Assembly: GCA_013044465.1 (NCBI GenBank)
Contig: JABEUL010000089.1
Span: 1-33,428 of the forward strand
Source of the DNA: Acidimicrobiales bacterium
GTDB taxonomy: Bacteria; Actinomycetota; Acidimicrobiia; Acidimicrobiales; JABEUL01
Direction: 5' to 3'
Length of the DNA: 33,428 nucleotides
Below the pieces are notes generated by a model that saw only the letters and a list, made by a program, of their open reading frames with translations, ran no database searches and was not told the origin of the DNA. The position numbers and the translations under genes were made by a program. Shown piece by piece: positions 9,113 through 17,538 of the stretch (the stretch's first letter is position 1; every line of letters begins with the position of its first letter).

Positions 9113-11485
9113 GTGACCGAAGAAGATACCATAAATAGCGGGGAGCAAGATGCCTTTTTGCCACCCGAGCGGCTTAGCTACAGATTAAAGCGAGTGCTAT
9201 TAGGCCAACCCCTTGTCTCAGAGAGGCTCTCCACCGAACGAATAGGGCGACCAACTGCATTGGCGGTGCTTTCTAGCGATGTTATGTCGTCATCTGCATA
9301 TGCAACCGAGCAGATTTTAATTGTGCTGGTTTTGGCAGTTGGCACTGGTGCCTATTCGCTAGTAGTTCCAATCACAGTTGGAATACTCTTTGTTTTAGTT
9401 ACGGTCACACTTTCATACTTGCAAGTAATAAAGGCATTCCCTAAAGCTGGCGGGGCTTATATGGTGACACGGGACACTTTTGGGAAAAATGTGGCCCAAA
9501 TAGCAAGTGCCGCACTTTTGATTGACTACACCCTGACGGTCGCAGTTTCTGTGGCCGCAGGAGTTGATGCCATGACCTCGGCTATTCCAGCATTACTTCC
9601 CTATACAGTTTATTTCTCAGTATTTTTTGTTGTTCTTATTGCTTATGGAAACCTCCGTGGAATAAGGGAGGCTGGGAAAACCTTTGCTATCCCTACTTTC
9701 GTCTTTATCTTCAGTATGGCTGTTTTGATAGTGGTTGGCATTGTGAAGTGGCTCACTGGAGGTTTGGGATTTGCAAATCAGCATTTACCTGACAGCTACA
9801 AGTTCGCCAGTCCAGGGCATGGCATATTAGTCGGCGCTTCCCTTTTTGTCATGGCTCAAGCATTCGCAAATGGTGGTACTGCCCTGACAGGGACAGAGGC
9901 CATCTCTAACGGAGTTTCCATTTTTAAGATAACACATAAATCCAGGAAAGGAATGCTTTCGGGACTAGAGGGGCAGTCGAAAAATGCCCGGACGACACTT
10001 GTGGCAATGAGCATAGTCTTAGGAACCATGTTTTTTGGAGTCTCTTTCTTGAGCGCCGTTGTGCACCCGATTCCTCAGCAAAGTGGAATCCCAACCGTAG
10101 TGTCGCAGATTGCCTCAACGGTATATGGAAATGGTTTTTTAGGAAAAGGACTTTACATATTTTTGCAAATTGCAACTACGGCAATTTTGATTTTGGCTGC
10201 CAATACAAGCTTCTCAGGTTTTCCGCTTCTAGCGAGCTTTGCCGCAGAGGATTCGTTTTTGCCAAGGCAGTTAATGAGGCGTGGTCACAGACTTGTGTTT
10301 TCAAACGGAATCTTGGTTCTTACTACAATGTCCATTATTTTGCTTGTTGCAACTAGAGCCCGGGTAACTTCACTTATTGCACTTTATGCAATAGGGGTTT
10401 TCACCGGCTTTACTATGGCTGGCGCTGGCATGGTAAAGCATCACTTAGTAAACAAGGAAAAGAACTGGCGGATTCGAGTTGTAATAAATGGGACCTCTTG
10501 TGTATTGAGTTTTTTTGTGGACCTTATGTTTATCGTCACAAAATTCACAGAGGGAGCTTGGGTAGTGGTTGTATTGATGCCACTGATGGTTATTGGTTTC
10601 ATTATGCTCCATCGCCAGTATGAATCAGAGGAAAAAATACTGGAAGAAAATGCCCCGGCACTGTGTGAGTCACCAATTCTTCGACGCCATGTTGTAATTG
10701 TTTTAGTTGAGAGGTTGGACCTAGCTACGGCTAGAGCTATTCAGTTTGCTAGAACTCTCACACCTGATGATTTGAGAGCTGTGCATTTCGTGCTCGACCC
10801 GCAAGCTGCCATGAATCTCGAAAACGGGTGGAAACGACTTGGGTTGTCGAGACTTCCACTTGATGTCATGGAATGTGGCGATCGAAGGCTTGGAAGAGCA
10901 GTTGCTGAACTTGTGGCCGATCTAGCATCGGATCAAGAAACCGAAGTAAGTATTCTCTTGCCAAGGCGAGTTTATGTAGGAGCGCTTAGAAGACTGTTGC
11001 ATGACAGGACCGCCGAGCGAATTTCGGCACTAGTTTCTCAGATGCCACATGCCAGTGCCACAATTATCCCATTCCAACTCGAGAAAAAGAACCCCAGGAT
11101 CCACATGCCATCACCTGGCAGACAGTCAAGACGTGCCGCTGAAGCCGCTGCAGAGCTTGAGAGCTTTGAGGTTAAAGATGTAACTGGAACTGTGATGATT
11201 GGGTCGCTTACCTATAGAACGAGAACCAGGATTGCAGGACGAGTCCTATCTGTCAGAGTGCAACCTCGTGCCGGAATTGCCTCCCTTGAGTGCATTGTGG
11301 CTGATCAGAGCGGGAAAATAACCTTAGTTTTCCAAGGGCGCCGTAGTGTCCCTGGGATTCAGCCGGGAACCAGGCTTGTGGCCGAAGGAATGGTTGGGAA
11401 GCGTGGAAACCAACTCTTGATAATGAATCCGACCTACGAATTGCGCTCCACCCACGAATTAGACAACGTTATTACACCATCTTGA
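9113..11485 (+). CDS. APC-superfamily KimA/YdaO-like K+/H+ symporter with fused C-terminal OB-fold
   Basis: LSSDVMSSSAY, GGAY, LIDYTLTVAVS, GNLRGIRE, LTGTEAISNGV and LYAIGVF motifs, then a cytoplasmic domain and a RecG-wedge-like OB domain. Confidence 0.88.
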   Translation: MTEEDTINSGEQDAFLPPERLSYRLKRVLLGQPLVSERLSTERIGRPTALAVLSSDVMSSSAYATEQILIVLVLAVGTGAYSLVVPITVGILFVLVTVTLSYLQVIKAFPKAGGAYMVTRDTFGKNVAQIASAALLIDYTLTVAVSVAAGVDAMTSAIPALLPYTVYFSVFFVVLIAYGNLRGIREAGKTFAIPTFVFIFSMAVLIVVGIVKWLTGGLGFANQHLPDSYKFASPGHGILVGASLFVMAQAFANGGTALTGTEAISNGVSIFKITHKSRKGMLSGLEGQSKNARTTLVAMSIVLGTMFFGVSFLSAVVHPIPQQSGIPTVVSQIASTVYGNGFLGKGLYIFLQIATTAILILAANTSFSGFPLLASFAAEDSFLPRQLMRRGHRLVFSNGILVLTTMSIILLVATRARVTSLIALYAIGVFTGFTMAGAGMVKHHLVNKEKNWRIRVVINGTSCVLSFFVDLMFIVTKFTEGAWVVVVLMPLMVIGFIMLHRQYESEEKILEENAPALCESPILRRHVVIVLVERLDLATARAIQFARTLTPDDLRAVHFVLDPQAAMNLENGWKRLGLSRLPLDVMECGDRRLGRAVAELVADLASDQETEVSILLPRRVYVGALRRLLHDRTAERISALVSQMPHASATIIPFQLEKKNPRIHMPSPGRQSRRAAEAAAELESFEVKDVTGTVMIGSLTYRTRTRIAGRVLSVRVQPRAGIASLECIVADQSGKITLVFQGRRSVPGIQPGTRLVAEGMVGKRGNQLLIMNPTYELRSTHELDNVITPS

Positions 11486-11590
11486 CATTGCCATCTACCT
11501 GGTATTTTACGCTTCCTATGGCCAAGAGTTATTAGAGAATTTACTCGGTTGTTGATTAGGGGTCTCAAAATTCGGTATCGTATATTGGTC

Positions 11591-11680
11591 GCTCAGGGCG
11601 GGTTGTAAATACGCGCCGTGGATCGAGCCGAATCAAATGATTCAAAATCTTCCAACTTCGAGTGAAGTTGGCTTTAATTT
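11591..11680 (+). promoter_or_regulatory. Structured 5' leader of hppA ending in a terminator-like hairpin
   Basis: CCAACTTC-GAGT-GAAGTTGG (11652-11671) followed by CTTTAATTT; shorter upstream stems GCTC/GAGC, GGCG/CGCC and GAATC/GATTC. Confidence 0.4.
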
Positions 11681-11697
11681 GAAGGAGTCAAATACCA

Positions 11698-14046
11698 ATG
11701 CCTCACCTCGTTGCTGCTGAAGGCGGCTACCAGGCTTTTAGTTTAGGTGGAGCCGAAAAAGGCTGGCTGTACTTTGCCATTGCTGCTGCTTTAATCTCCA
11801 TGATTGTTGGCGTTACTCTCATGCGCGGTGTCCTTGCTGCTGATCAGGGAACCCAATCAATGAAAGATATAGCAAAGGCCATCCAAGAAGGTGCGGAAGC
11901 TTTCCTGCGCCGCCAGTTCAAAACGATTTTAATTATCGTCGTGCCACTTGCAGTCTTGATTTTCTTCACGGCTACCCAAGTTAAAAGACCTGATGGCTCG
12001 ATTGCACTGAGTGCATCTATGGCTGGAGTGTACCGGGTACTTTGCTTTTTAGGCGGAGCAATTTGCAGTGGGGCCACCGGCTTCATTGGAATGAGCTTGG
12101 CCGTAAGGGGAAATGTAAGGACAGCGGCGGCGGCCCGAGATGGCAAGCTTCCTCCAGCTTTGAAAGTCGCATTTAGGACCGGTGCTATCACTGGTCTTTT
12201 CTGTGTCGGTTTAGGACTTTTAGGGGCCACCACGATTGTTTTGATCTTCCAAAATAGCGCTACGGCCGTTTTGGTTGGCTTTGGATTCGGCGCTTCACTT
12301 CTGGCGCTTTTCATGAGGGTTGGTGGAGGAATATTCACCAAAGCAGCTGACGTAGGTGCTGACTTGGTTGGAAAAATTGAGGCTGGGATTCCAGAGGATG
12401 ATCCAAGGAACGCAGCTACAATTGCCGACAACGTCGGTGACAACGTCGGTGACTGTGCCGGAATGGCCGCAGACTTGTTTGAGTCCTATGCCATTACCAT
12501 AATCGCTGCCATTATTTTGGGATACTCTGCTTTCAATTCAATTGGGAAAGGCTCTGAAGCCGCCCGTGCAGTTGTGTTTCCCTTGATTGTTCCGGCAATT
12601 GGAATTATTGCAACCATCGTCGGTGTTTTTGCCGTCCGTGCGAGGGCAAATGAGAAATCGGCCATGGTGGCCATCAACCGAGGTGTTTGGACTGCTTCAC
12701 TTCTAACCATATTGGGAGCAGGATTAGTTGCTGGTTTCTACTTGCACTACATGAAAGCCTTCTATGCCGTCTTAGCGGGTTCAGTTTTGATGCTTATAGT
12801 TTCTGCCATTACAGAGCAGTTCACGTCAACTGAACGATCTCCTGTTAGGGAGATTGCCGCTGCAGCAAGGACTGGACCTGCCACTACAACCCTGGCAGGA
12901 ATTGCATTCGGCCTTGAGTCCTCGGTTTGGGCCATCATTGCCATTGCCATTGCCATTGCAGTTTCCGTGGGGCTAGGTGGTGGAAACATTGAGCTGTCTC
13001 TTTACCTAGTTTCACTAACTGGAATCGGAATGTTGGCAACTGCGGGAATGGTTGTTTCTGAAGACAGTTTCGGACCTGTTTCTGACAATGCCGCAGGAGT
13101 GGCTGAAATGTCTGGAGAGTTCACTGGTGAAGCCGAACGTGTCATGGTCAGTCTCGATGCAGTTGGAAACACCACTAAGGCCATTACAAAAGGTGTTGCC
13201 ATCGGATCTGCTGTGATTGCTTCGGTGTCCTTGTTTGCATCCTTTATCGAGACCGTTGGTTCTCAACTGGGCCTTAATGCCCCGGGAATTGGAAAAGCAG
13301 GATATGACGTCAACTGGTTGTTCCATCAGGCTCAAACTCAGATAAATGTTTCCAATCCAACAACATTCATTGGAATGCTTATTGGTGGATCGGTTGCCTT
13401 CTTGTTCTCAGCACTTGCAATCAGGGCAGTTGGAAGAACAGCTGGCACTGTAGTTCAAGAGGTTAGGCGCCAATTTAGAGAGCACCCTGGAATCATGGAC
13501 TACACAGAAAAGCCTGAGTACGGCAGAGTTATCTCCATTTGCACAGCCGCATCACAGCGTGAACTAGCCACGCCTGCACTCCTTGCAATTTTGACTCCTG
13601 TAATTGTGGGTTTTGGAATTGGATACTTGGCACTTGGTGCGTTTTTGGCTGCAGCCATTTTGACAGGACAGCTCATGGCTAATTTCTTGTCGAACTCTGG
13701 TGGAGCCTGGGATAATGCGAAGAAGTACATTGAAGACGGTCATGAAGGTGGAAAAGGTTCAGATGCCCACAAGGCTGCTGTGATCGGAGACACTGTTGGT
13801 GATCCCTTTAAAGACACCGCTGGTCCGGCTTTGAATCCATTAATCAAAGTCATGAACTTAGTCTCACTTCTTATTCTTCCCATAGTCATCACCAACCAGC
13901 ACCACACTGCAATTCGTCTCACGATATCGGGAATTGCACTTGTAGTGCTACTTATCTCAATTGGATTCTCTAAGCGGTCAACAGGCTCGATGGACGATGA
14001 TATAGCAGGTCCGGCCAAGCAGGTAGAACAAGCTGGGGCCCATTAA
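11698..14046 (+). CDS. hppA: Membrane-bound H+-translocating pyrophosphatase, predicted K+-independent
   Basis: [34 protein letters not shown] and [20 protein letters not shown] carries the Lys of K+-independent enzymes. GAAGGAG RBS. Confidence 0.97.
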   Translation: MPHLVAAEGGYQAFSLGGAEKGWLYFAIAAALISMIVGVTLMRGVLAADQGTQSMKDIAKAIQEGAEAFLRRQFKTILIIVVPLAVLIFFTATQVKRPDGSIALSASMAGVYRVLCFLGGAICSGATGFIGMSLAVRGNVRTAAAARDGKLPPALKVAFRTGAITGLFCVGLGLLGATTIVLIFQNSATAVLVGFGFGASLLALFMRVGGGIFTKAADVGADLVGKIEAGIPEDDPRNAATIADNVGDNVGDCAGMAADLFESYAITIIAAIILGYSAFNSIGKGSEAARAVVFPLIVPAIGIIATIVGVFAVRARANEKSAMVAINRGVWTASLLTILGAGLVAGFYLHYMKAFYAVLAGSVLMLIVSAITEQFTSTERSPVREIAAAARTGPATTTLAGIAFGLESSVWAIIAIAIAIAVSVGLGGGNIELSLYLVSLTGIGMLATAGMVVSEDSFGPVSDNAAGVAEMSGEFTGEAERVMVSLDAVGNTTKAITKGVAIGSAVIASVSLFASFIETVGSQLGLNAPGIGKAGYDVNWLFHQAQTQINVSNPTTFIGMLIGGSVAFLFSALAIRAVGRTAGTVVQEVRRQFREHPGIMDYTEKPEYGRVISICTAASQRELATPALLAILTPVIVGFGIGYLALGAFLAAAILTGQLMANFLSNSGGAWDNAKKYIEDGHEGGKGSDAHKAAVIGDTVGDPFKDTAGPALNPLIKVMNLVSLLILPIVITNQHHTAIRLTISGIALVVLLISIGFSKRSTGSMDDDIAGPAKQVEQAGAH

Positions 14047-14125
14047 TAATACAATCGAAAAAGGCGGCCTCTTGCGAGTGCTTCAAGGAAAAATAGCTAA
14101 CTACATGGTAGTTTCCACTAAGTTC

Positions 14126-14155
14126 TTGACAAAGGACCACTTTATGCATCAACCT
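14126..14155 (+). promoter_or_regulatory. Possible topA promoter
   Basis: Consensus TTGACA at 14126-14131; only a weak -10 (CAACCT) at 18-nt spacing. Confidence 0.3.
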
Positions 14156-14165
14156 AGTGGCAGTC

Positions 14166-16919
14166 ATGGCTAAGCCTCTTGTTATTGTCGAATCACCCGC
14201 CAAGGCTCGTACAATTGCGACTTTTTTGGGAAATGAATTCAATGTGGAGTCTTCAATTGGCCACATTAGAGACTTGCCAAGAAGTGCCGCTGAAGTCCCA
14301 GAGGAGCTTAAGGGAGAGTCTTGGTCAAGACTTGGAGTCGATCCCTATAATGACTTCAAGCCGTTATATATAGTCTCTCAAGATAAAAAAAGCCACGTTC
14401 AAAAACTAAAGAAGCTTGTAAAAGAAGCCAGCGAAGTTTACCTGGCAACAGACGAGGACCGAGAAGGTGAATCAATTGCGTGGCACCTTCTAGAGGTTCT
14501 TTCACCCAAGGTTCCTGTCAAGCGAATGGTTTTTCACGAAATTACGAGGGATGCCATCAACCGTGCAGTAAGTGACTGGCGAGAGCTAGATAGAAGACTC
14601 GTAGATGCGCAGGAAACCAGAAGAATATTGGACCGCCTCTATGGATACGAGGTTTCACCTGTTCTTTGGCGCAAAGTTATGCCGAGGCTGTCTGCAGGAC
14701 GTGTCCAGAGTGTGGCTACAAGGATGGTAGTTGAGCGAGAGCGAGCTCGCATGGGATTTAGATCTGCCTCATGGTGGGATTTAGAAGCCTCCCTTTTAAA
14801 GAAGAGCGAGACAGTTCAAGCTGTTTCTATCGAGATAAATGGAATTAGGCTCGCCACTGGAAAAGATTTTGACGAGATTGGCCACTTAACTAAAAAAGAT
14901 GTCATAGTTCTAGGCGAAATAGAAGCAAGATCTCTTGCCGAGTCTCTTTCAGCAGGCAGCTTTAGTGTCAAGAGCATTGAAGAGAGACCATTTAGAAGAT
15001 CTCCTGCACCTCCGTTCATGACATCCACTTTGCAACAAGAGGCTGGTCGCAAGTTGAGATTTGCTGCCGCCAGAACTATGAGAGCCGCACAGAGGCTTTA
15101 CGAAGAGGGTTGGATCACATATATGAGAACCGATTCAACAACTCTTTCGGACGAAGCCATAACAACTGCCAGAAAACTAGCATCTTCGAGATACGGCAAG
15201 AATACAATTCCAGCTAAGCCCAGGCTATATGCAAATAAGGTTAAGAACGCTCAAGAAGCCCATGAAGCAATCAGACCTGCTGGGGACTCGTGGCCCACAC
15301 CCCAAGAGGCTTCTAGGAGCCTCGGGAGTGACGAATCAAAGTTATATGAATTGATTTGGCAGCGCACTGTTGCTTCACAGATGGTGGATGCAAATGGTCA
15401 GAGTGTTCAGGTGAGAATAATTGGCCTCACCAAAAATCCTCCTCCGGCATTCAAAAAAGAAGGATCAAATGAGTGCGAAGCAATATTCTCGGCCTCTGGC
15501 AGAGTAATTACTGAACCTGGGTTCTTAGCGGCTTACGAAGAAGGAAATGATGACAGCGACTCATCTGAGGGCGAGAGTGGAACCTCTAGACTTCCTCAGT
15601 TGGTAGTAGGTGAGGCTCTCACGTGTGGAGAGATGACTCCAAAAGAGCACTCCACTCAACCTCCACCTAGATATAGTGAAGCTTCTTTGATCAAGGCTTT
15701 AGAAGAGATGGGCGTTGGTAGACCCTCTACTTATGCTTCAATTATCGACACTATTCAGCAAAGAGGATATGTTTGGAAAAAGGGCACCGGGTTAGTGCCG
15801 ACTTGGACTGCATTTTCAGTCGTTGGTCTCCTCGAGCGTTACTTTGCGGAGTTAGTTGATTATGGATTCACTGCTTCCATGGAAGATGATCTCGATGAGA
15901 TTGCAACAGGTTCACAAGAGATGGTCCCTTGGTTGCGGAAGTTTTATTTCGGAACCGAGGAACTCCCGGGATTAAAGCCTGCCGTTGAAACCAGGTTGGG
16001 TGAAATTGATGCCAGAGAGATTAACACCCTCCCAATTGGCAAAGACCCAGATGGCACAGACATCTTCGTCAGAGTGGGGAGATATGGACCTTATATTGAA
16101 AGAGGAGAAGACAGGGCTTCGCTTCCAGATACGCAGCCACCCGATGAACTAACCGTGGAGCTAGCTCTCGAAATGCTAGCAGCCCCCACTGGCGACAGAT
16201 TGGTTGGTCAAGATCCAGAAACAGGTTTACAGATTGTTGCCAAAGCCGGGAGATATGGACCCTATGTCCAAATGGAGCTTCCACAAGATGCCGGGAAGTC
16301 AGAAAAGCCAAAAACTGCATCACTTTTCAAATCCATGCAGGTCGAAACCGTGACTCTCGAAGATGCACTATCGCTCTTTAGATTGCCAAGGAGTCTTGGG
16401 ATAGACGAGTCAGTCGGAGTTGAGATTGTAGCTAAAAATGGTCGATACGGCCCCTATTTGGAGCGGGGAAGTGATACGAGAACGCTAGGCAGTGAAGAAG
16501 AACTTCTCACTGTGACCATGGATGAGGCCAAAGAACTTTTCTTGCAGCCAAAAGCTAGAAGACGGCAAAAGCAAGATGCCGCCCCCCAAGTCTCCTTAGG
16601 CGAAGATCCAAATTCAAAGAAGCCCATATTGGTCAAATCGGGGAGGTTTGGTCCTTATGTGACTGATGGGGAAACTAACGCATCCTTGAGAAAGGGTGAT
16701 ACTACAGAGAACTTGACTTTCGAGCGAGCAGTTGAGCTGTTAGAAGAGAGACGGTCAGCCGCACCGAGAGCACCAAGGGCCAAGAAAGCTGCAAAGAAAG
16801 CCGTCAAAAAGACAGCTGTAAAGAAAGCTGCAAAGAAAACCGTCAAAAAGGCTGTTGCAAAAAAAGTAGTGAAAAAAACTGCAACCCCTAAGTCCCAAGT
16901 TGAAGATTCCGGTGAGTGA
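14166..16919 (+). CDS. topA: DNA topoisomerase I, actinobacterial type (Topo_C repeats, Lys/Ala tail)
   Basis: LVIVESPAKA, ATDEDREGE, SAGRVQS, ITYMRTDS and AQEAHEAIRP. Four GR(Y/F)GPY repeats replace zinc ribbons. Confidence 0.98.
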   Translation: MAKPLVIVESPAKARTIATFLGNEFNVESSIGHIRDLPRSAAEVPEELKGESWSRLGVDPYNDFKPLYIVSQDKKSHVQKLKKLVKEASEVYLATDEDREGESIAWHLLEVLSPKVPVKRMVFHEITRDAINRAVSDWRELDRRLVDAQETRRILDRLYGYEVSPVLWRKVMPRLSAGRVQSVATRMVVERERARMGFRSASWWDLEASLLKKSETVQAVSIEINGIRLATGKDFDEIGHLTKKDVIVLGEIEARSLAESLSAGSFSVKSIEERPFRRSPAPPFMTSTLQQEAGRKLRFAAARTMRAAQRLYEEGWITYMRTDSTTLSDEAITTARKLASSRYGKNTIPAKPRLYANKVKNAQEAHEAIRPAGDSWPTPQEASRSLGSDESKLYELIWQRTVASQMVDANGQSVQVRIIGLTKNPPPAFKKEGSNECEAIFSASGRVITEPGFLAAYEEGNDDSDSSEGESGTSRLPQLVVGEALTCGEMTPKEHSTQPPPRYSEASLIKALEEMGVGRPSTYASIIDTIQQRGYVWKKGTGLVPTWTAFSVVGLLERYFAELVDYGFTASMEDDLDEIATGSQEMVPWLRKFYFGTEELPGLKPAVETRLGEIDAREINTLPIGKDPDGTDIFVRVGRYGPYIERGEDRASLPDTQPPDELTVELALEMLAAPTGDRLVGQDPETGLQIVAKAGRYGPYVQMELPQDAGKSEKPKTASLFKSMQVETVTLEDALSLFRLPRSLGIDESVGVEIVAKNGRYGPYLERGSDTRTLGSEEELLTVTMDEAKELFLQPKARRRQKQDAAPQVSLGEDPNSKKPILVKSGRFGPYVTDGETNASLRKGDTTENLTFERAVELLEERRSAAPRAPRAKKAAKKAVKKTAVKKAAKKTVKKAVAKKVVKKTATPKSQVEDSGE
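16781..16880 (+). repeat. Low-complexity KKAAKK-type repeats in the TopA tail
   Basis: KKAAKKAVKKTAVKKAAKKTVKKAVAKKVVKK. Confidence 0.85.
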
Positions 16920-17538
16920 AACAGGCTGTTTCATTGTTTTTGAAGGAATAGATGGTTCAGGAAAGTCAACTCAGGCACAGCTACTTGCAAAACGGATAGG
17001 AGCACTTTTCACCATTGCCCCTGGAGGAACTGATTTTGGATTAGAAGTCCGAAATCTGGTACTTCACTCGAATCGAGAATTGAATGACCGCACAGAGGCT
17101 TTGCTTATGCTTGCTGATCGATCACAGCACGTTAGCGATGTAATTCTCCCAGCTATTCGATCCGGGAAATGGGTTGTTTGTGACAGATTTAATGGCTCTA
17201 CCATTGCTTATCAAGGTTATGGCAGGGGCCTCGATGTCAAAGAGCTAGAATTAGTAACAAGATGGGCTTCAATGAATGTTGAACCTGATCTTTATATTCT
17301 TTTAGATATTTCCCCCGAAACAGCAAGTCGTAGACGAATTGAGAGAAATAAGTCAAACGATCGGATGGAATCTGAGGAGCTTCACTTTCAAGAAAGAGTG
17401 AGGCAAGGTTACCTTGAAATTGCTAAAGAGTCAGATAATTGGTCAGTCGTGGATGCGAGCTTAACAGCAGACGAAGTAGAGCGATCAATTAGAGAAATAA
17501 TAGCGACTAAGTTCGCAAAAGTAATGGAGTTAAATTGA
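16912..17538 (+). CDS. tmk: Thymidylate kinase (start 16900 or 16912)
   Basis: FIVFEGIDGSGKST P-loop, CDRF..STIAYQGYGRG, DRME. Overlaps the end of topA. Confidence 0.96.
   Translation: MSETGCFIVFEGIDGSGKSTQAQLLAKRIGALFTIAPGGTDFGLEVRNLVLHSNRELNDRTEALLMLADRSQHVSDVILPAIRSGKWVVCDRFNGSTIAYQGYGRGLDVKELELVTRWASMNVEPDLYILLDISPETASRRRIERNKSNDRMESEELHFQERVRQGYLEIAKESDNWSVVDASLTADEVERSIREIIATKFAKVMELN

Noticed and set aside
12936-12960. (ATTGCC)n short tandem repeat in hppA as a phase-variation tract
   Set aside because: It is an in-frame 6-nt repeat encoding IAIAIA in a TM helix, so slippage would not shift the frame.
11844-14018. Series of antisense ORFs within hppA
   Set aside because: Shadow ORFs of a highly conserved gene, with no motifs or translation signals.
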